Part shown: positions 60,742-64,000 of the stretch, piece after piece
Numbering within the stretch: the first letter of the stretch is position 1
Layout of the letters: each line of letters starts with the position of its first letter
Source of the DNA: Bacteroidia bacterium
GTDB taxonomy: Bacteria > Bacteroidota > Bacteroidia > M30B66
Assembly (NCBI GenBank): GCA_965279035.1
Contig: OZ257142.1
Coordinates: 352,001-416,000 of the forward strand
Direction: 5' to 3'
Length of the DNA: 64,000 nt
Made by a program: the position numbers and the translations under genes
The notes under the pieces: model-generated
Seen by the model: the letters and a program-made list of their open reading frames with translations, nothing else
Databases searched by the model: none
What the model was told of the DNA's origin: nothing

Positions 60742-62895
60742 ATGCGTTATCGTTTTCTGATTTATCTTTCTTTTACAGCTTTAATTGCCTGTAATTCTTC
60801 TACCGAAATGACTCGTAAACAGTATGAATGGCCGGATGCGAAAGCGCCAATAGCCGAGAAAAAAGAACATCTTAGAATAATTCATGGCGACACAGTTCGG
60901 GATGATTATTATTGGATGATTGATTATTTCAAGAAAGGTCCCGATAGTACCAAGGTGGTGGATTATCTAAAGGCAGAGAATGCTTATTTGGAAACGATGA
61001 TGGCTGGAACCAAGAAGTTTCAGGAGAATTTGTTTACTGAAATGAAGGCTCGAATTAAGGAGAAAGACGAATCAGTACCGTATTTCAACAAAGGCTATTT
61101 TTATTATTATAAGACGGAGGAAGGAAAGGAATATTTCAAGTTTTGTCGCAGAAAAGGCACAATGGAAGGTCCTGAGGAGGTGCTTTTAGATGCAGATAAA
61201 ATGGGTGAAGGCAAATCGTATTTTGCTTTGGATGCGATGGAAATTAGTCCCGATAATTCGATGATAGCTTATGCTGTTGATGAGGTTTCGCGCCGACAGT
61301 ATACGATTCATGTGAAGAATTTGGTCACAGGAGAAACTTATTCTGATCAAATAGCCGGCACGTCGGGTAATTTATGCTGGGCGAATGATAACAAAACGAT
61401 TTTTTATACTTCGAACAATCCTGTTACATTGCTTTCTGAAAAGATAAAACGCCATACACTTGGTAGTGATGCTAAAACGGATGTGGTGGTTTACGAAGAA
61501 AAAGATAAATCGAACTACATCGGCCTTGGTAAATCAAAAGACGAAAAGCATATCATGATTTATTCGAGTGCAACGCTATCGTCGGAGATTCTTATGTTGG
61601 ATGCGAATAAGCCAACAGGGGCATTTCGTTCGTTTCAAGCACGCATGAAAGATGTGCTTTATAGTGTGACACCATTAGCAGATCGTTTTTTAATCACAAC
61701 GAACTGGAATGCGAAGAACTTCCGATTAATGGAATGTCCGTTGGATAAAACGGGTTCTGAAAACTGGAAAGAAGTGATTGGAAACCGCAATGATGTATTG
61801 CTTCAGGGAGTGGAAGAATTCAAAGATTTTATAGTGTTGAGCGAGCGGAAAGATGGATTGGTAAAACTGCGTGTGCGAAGCTTGAAAGATGGAAAAGAGC
61901 ATTATGTGGATTTTGGTGAAGCGGCATATTCGGCTAATTTTTCTACCAATGCTGATTACTCTAGTTCAGTGCTTCGATATTCGTATACATCGATGACGAC
62001 ACCCAATTCGACCTTTGATTACGATATGAACTCGCATGAACGGAAGCTCTTGAAACAGCAAGAAGTGGTGGGGGGATTTGATCCGAAAAACTATGTAACC
62101 GAACGTATTTACGCCAAAGCAAAAGATGGTACACGCGTTCCTATTTCCTTGGTTTACAAACAAGGCTTTAAGAAAGATGGAACAGCTCCATTGTTGCTTT
62201 ATGCTTATGGCTCTTATGGAGCTAGTATGGATGCTGGATTTAACTCGAACCGTTTGAGTTTGTTGAACCGTGGATTTGTTTACGCCATTGCTCACATTCG
62301 TGGTGGACAAGAAATGGGGCGTCAATGGTATGAAGACGGGAAATTGATGAAGAAGAAAAACACCTTTACCGATTTTATTGATTGTGGAGAATTTTTGATT
62401 CAAGAGAAATACACATCCAAGGGACATGTTTACGCACAAGGAGGAAGTGCTGGAGGATTGTTGATGGGTGCTATTGCGAATATGGCTCCTGATTTATGGA
62501 ATGGTGTTATTGCTCAAGTTCCGTTTGTGGATGTGGTGAATACGATGTTAGACGAAAGTATTCCACTTACTACAAATGAGTTTGACGAATGGGGAAATCC
62601 GAAAAACAAGGATGCTTACGATTACATGAAAAGCTATTCTCCGTATGAAAATGTAGAGAAGAAGAATTACCCGAATATGCTGGTTGCAACAGGACTTCAC
62701 GATAGCCAGGTGCAGTATTTTGAACCCGCAAAATGGGTGGCCAAACTACGCGCTATGAAAACCGATAAGAACGTGTTGTTTTTACATACCAACATGGATT
62801 TTGGGCACGGTGGAGCATCGGGACGATTTGATTACCTGAACGACGTTGCCTTGAATTATGCCTTTTTGTTTTCGTTAGAAGGGATTGTAGAATAA
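60742..62895 (+). CDS. ptrB: Oligopeptidase B (S9A prolyl oligopeptidase family)
   Basis: Lipobox LIAC, YAYGSYG, HIRGG, catalytic GGSAGG, HDSQV, GHGGASGR. TACATTTG promoter at 60704. Confidence 0.92.
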   Translation: MRYRFLIYLSFTALIACNSSTEMTRKQYEWPDAKAPIAEKKEHLRIIHGDTVRDDYYWMIDYFKKGPDSTKVVDYLKAENAYLETMMAGTKKFQENLFTEMKARIKEKDESVPYFNKGYFYYYKTEEGKEYFKFCRRKGTMEGPEEVLLDADKMGEGKSYFALDAMEISPDNSMIAYAVDEVSRRQYTIHVKNLVTGETYSDQIAGTSGNLCWANDNKTIFYTSNNPVTLLSEKIKRHTLGSDAKTDVVVYEEKDKSNYIGLGKSKDEKHIMIYSSATLSSEILMLDANKPTGAFRSFQARMKDVLYSVTPLADRFLITTNWNAKNFRLMECPLDKTGSENWKEVIGNRNDVLLQGVEEFKDFIVLSERKDGLVKLRVRSLKDGKEHYVDFGEAAYSANFSTNADYSSSVLRYSYTSMTTPNSTFDYDMNSHERKLLKQQEVVGGFDPKNYVTERIYAKAKDGTRVPISLVYKQGFKKDGTAPLLLYAYGSYGASMDAGFNSNRLSLLNRGFVYAIAHIRGGQEMGRQWYEDGKLMKKKNTFTDFIDCGEFLIQEKYTSKGHVYAQGGSAGGLLMGAIANMAPDLWNGVIAQVPFVDVVNTMLDESIPLTTNEFDEWGNPKNKDAYDYMKSYSPYENVEKKNYPNMLVATGLHDSQVQYFEPAKWVAKLRAMKTDKNVLFLHTNMDFGHGGASGRFDYLNDVALNYAFLFSLEGIVE

Positions 62896-62929
62896 TCCGA
62901 AGCGAAAGCGATAAACGAAATTCTGCAAA

Positions 62930-63013
62930 AGGGATAGAGGCGAGTTCCCACGAGCCGAAAGCCCGGCGCCATTGCATGCCCGGATGAAGTCTGGGTGTGC
63001 AATGGTGCTGCCC
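62930..63013 (+). ncRNA. Flavo-1-like structured intergenic repeat/RNA motif, copy 2
   Basis: AGGGATAGA-GGC-[GT tccc AC]-GCC-GAAAGCCCG, then a 20-bp hairpin (62966-63008), then GCCC. Confidence 0.65.
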
Positions 63014-63070
63014 AAAAAACATCGGACTAAAGTTCTAGATTGCAACGGCACTGCCCAAAAACATCGGACT
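62998..63070 (+). repeat. Imperfect direct repeat of about 30 bp
   Basis: TGCAATGGTGCTGCCCAAAAAACATCGGACT (62998-63028) versus TGCAACGGCACTGCCCAAAAACATCGGACT (63041-63070). Confidence 0.8.
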
Positions 63071-63220
63071 GAAGTCCGAGGGTGCTGGAGGAAGCACATA
63101 CTTTCAGATGAGTACTCCTAAAACCTGTACTATGATGCGTGATGTTAGTCATGCAGATAGCGGAAGCATTTTGTCTACCTTTGCCCAACATTTTACGGCT
63201 CTGACCGTTCTCTTTTTGCA

Positions 63221-64000
63221 ATGACAAACGACTCCCTCATCGCTACCGACGCAACGATACTGTTTGCTGGTGATTCAGGCGATGGAATTCAACTTACAGG
63301 TGATCAGTTTACCACGACCACCGCACTTTTTGGTAACGACGTAAGTACCTTTCCTAATTTTCCAGCTGAGATTCGTGCTCCACAAGGCACATTGGCGGGT
63401 GTTTCGGGATTTCAGATAAAATTTGGTTCGGAGGAAATTTACACTCCAGGCGACAATTGCGACCTTTTGGTGGTGATGAATGCTGCGGCCTTGAAAGCCA
63501 ACCTAAAACAACTGAAAGCTGGCGGAATGATTATCGCCAATACCGAAGGCTTTGATGCTAAAAACCTACGTTTAGCGAAGTTTCCCGAAGGCGTTAATCC
63601 GCTGGAAGATGGCTCGCTAGACAGCTATAAACTCTACACGTTTGATGTAACCAAAATGACCAAAGCCACTTTAGAGGGCAGCGGTTTGGGAACTAAAGAA
63701 ATTGATAGAACCAAGAACATGTTTGTGCTTGGGTTTATCTACTGGATTTACAATCGTCCGCTAGAGCATACGATTAAATTCTTGGAGCAGAAGTTTGCGA
63801 AACGCCCCGAGATTGTGGAGGCGAACATCAAAACCCTCAAGGCTGGTTATCATTACGGCGACACAAGCGAAACCTTTATGCAACGCGTGCAGGTAAATCC
63901 TGCTAGTATTAAGCCGGGTATTTATCGCAACATTAATGGAAATCCAGCAACTGCTATTGGATTAATTGCAGCTTCTCAGAAATCTGGATTGCCTTTGTAT
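63221..64000 (+). CDS. korA: 2-oxoacid:ferredoxin oxidoreductase alpha subunit (partial, runs off the window)
   Basis: Read by hand: MTNDSLIATDATILFAGDSGDGIQLTGDQFT...FPNFPAEIRAPQGTLAGVSGFQIKFG...LVVMNAAALKANL. TACCTTTG promoter at 63176. Confidence 0.92.
   Translation, partial: MTNDSLIATDATILFAGDSGDGIQLTGDQFTTTTALFGNDVSTFPNFPAEIRAPQGTLAGVSGFQIKFGSEEIYTPGDNCDLLVVMNAAALKANLKQLKAGGMIIANTEGFDAKNLRLAKFPEGVNPLEDGSLDSYKLYTFDVTKMTKATLEGSGLGTKEIDRTKNMFVLGFIYWIYNRPLEHTIKFLEQKFAKRPEIVEANIKTLKAGYHYGDTSETFMQRVQVNPASIKPGIYRNINGNPATAIGLIAASQKSGLPLY

Noticed and set aside
62998-63070. Mini CRISPR array
   Set aside because: Only two imperfect units with a 12-bp spacer, and no cas genes.

Overview
This is a 64-kb AT-rich chromosomal segment from a Bacteroidota genome. 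The assignment rests on TAnnTTTG promoters, a porP-gldKLMN T9SS/gliding operon and a SusC/SusD pair. The window very probably spans the replication origin. An intergenic gap between nadA and rpiB carries DnaA boxes and a DnaA-trio-like module, two parS sites flank mnmG (gidA), and GC skew appears to flip there. Left arm: miaB, sigma54 activator, lptE, secG, groES and groEL; then topA, porP-gldKLMN, manC, an aminotransferase, sprT, NlpC/P60, a MORN-repeat protein, an M16 peptidase and nadA. Right arm: rpiB, a DUF4175-like protein, an RsbW-like protein, ybeY, mnmG and a methyltransferase; then an alpha-glucan utilisation locus (SusC/D, a T9SS-secreted GH13 and a four-module T9SS carbohydrate-binding protein); then nhaD, ALDH7, a propeller-PP2C sensor, an acyl-CoA dehydrogenase, dps, kbl, an aldo-keto reductase, ptrB and a partial korA. 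I saw no CRISPR array, rRNA, tRNA, transposase or prophage. The most interesting unexplained structure is a candidate sigma54 heat-shock circuit. A -24/-12 promoter and a TGACA-N4-TGTCA palindrome lie in front of groES. The same palindrome recurs beside the housekeeping promoter of the gene run that encodes an activator lacking any input domain. Other notable items are two Flavo-1-like structured repeats and a ybeY gene that appears to need a CTG start. All product calls come from motif recognition only; no database searches were run.
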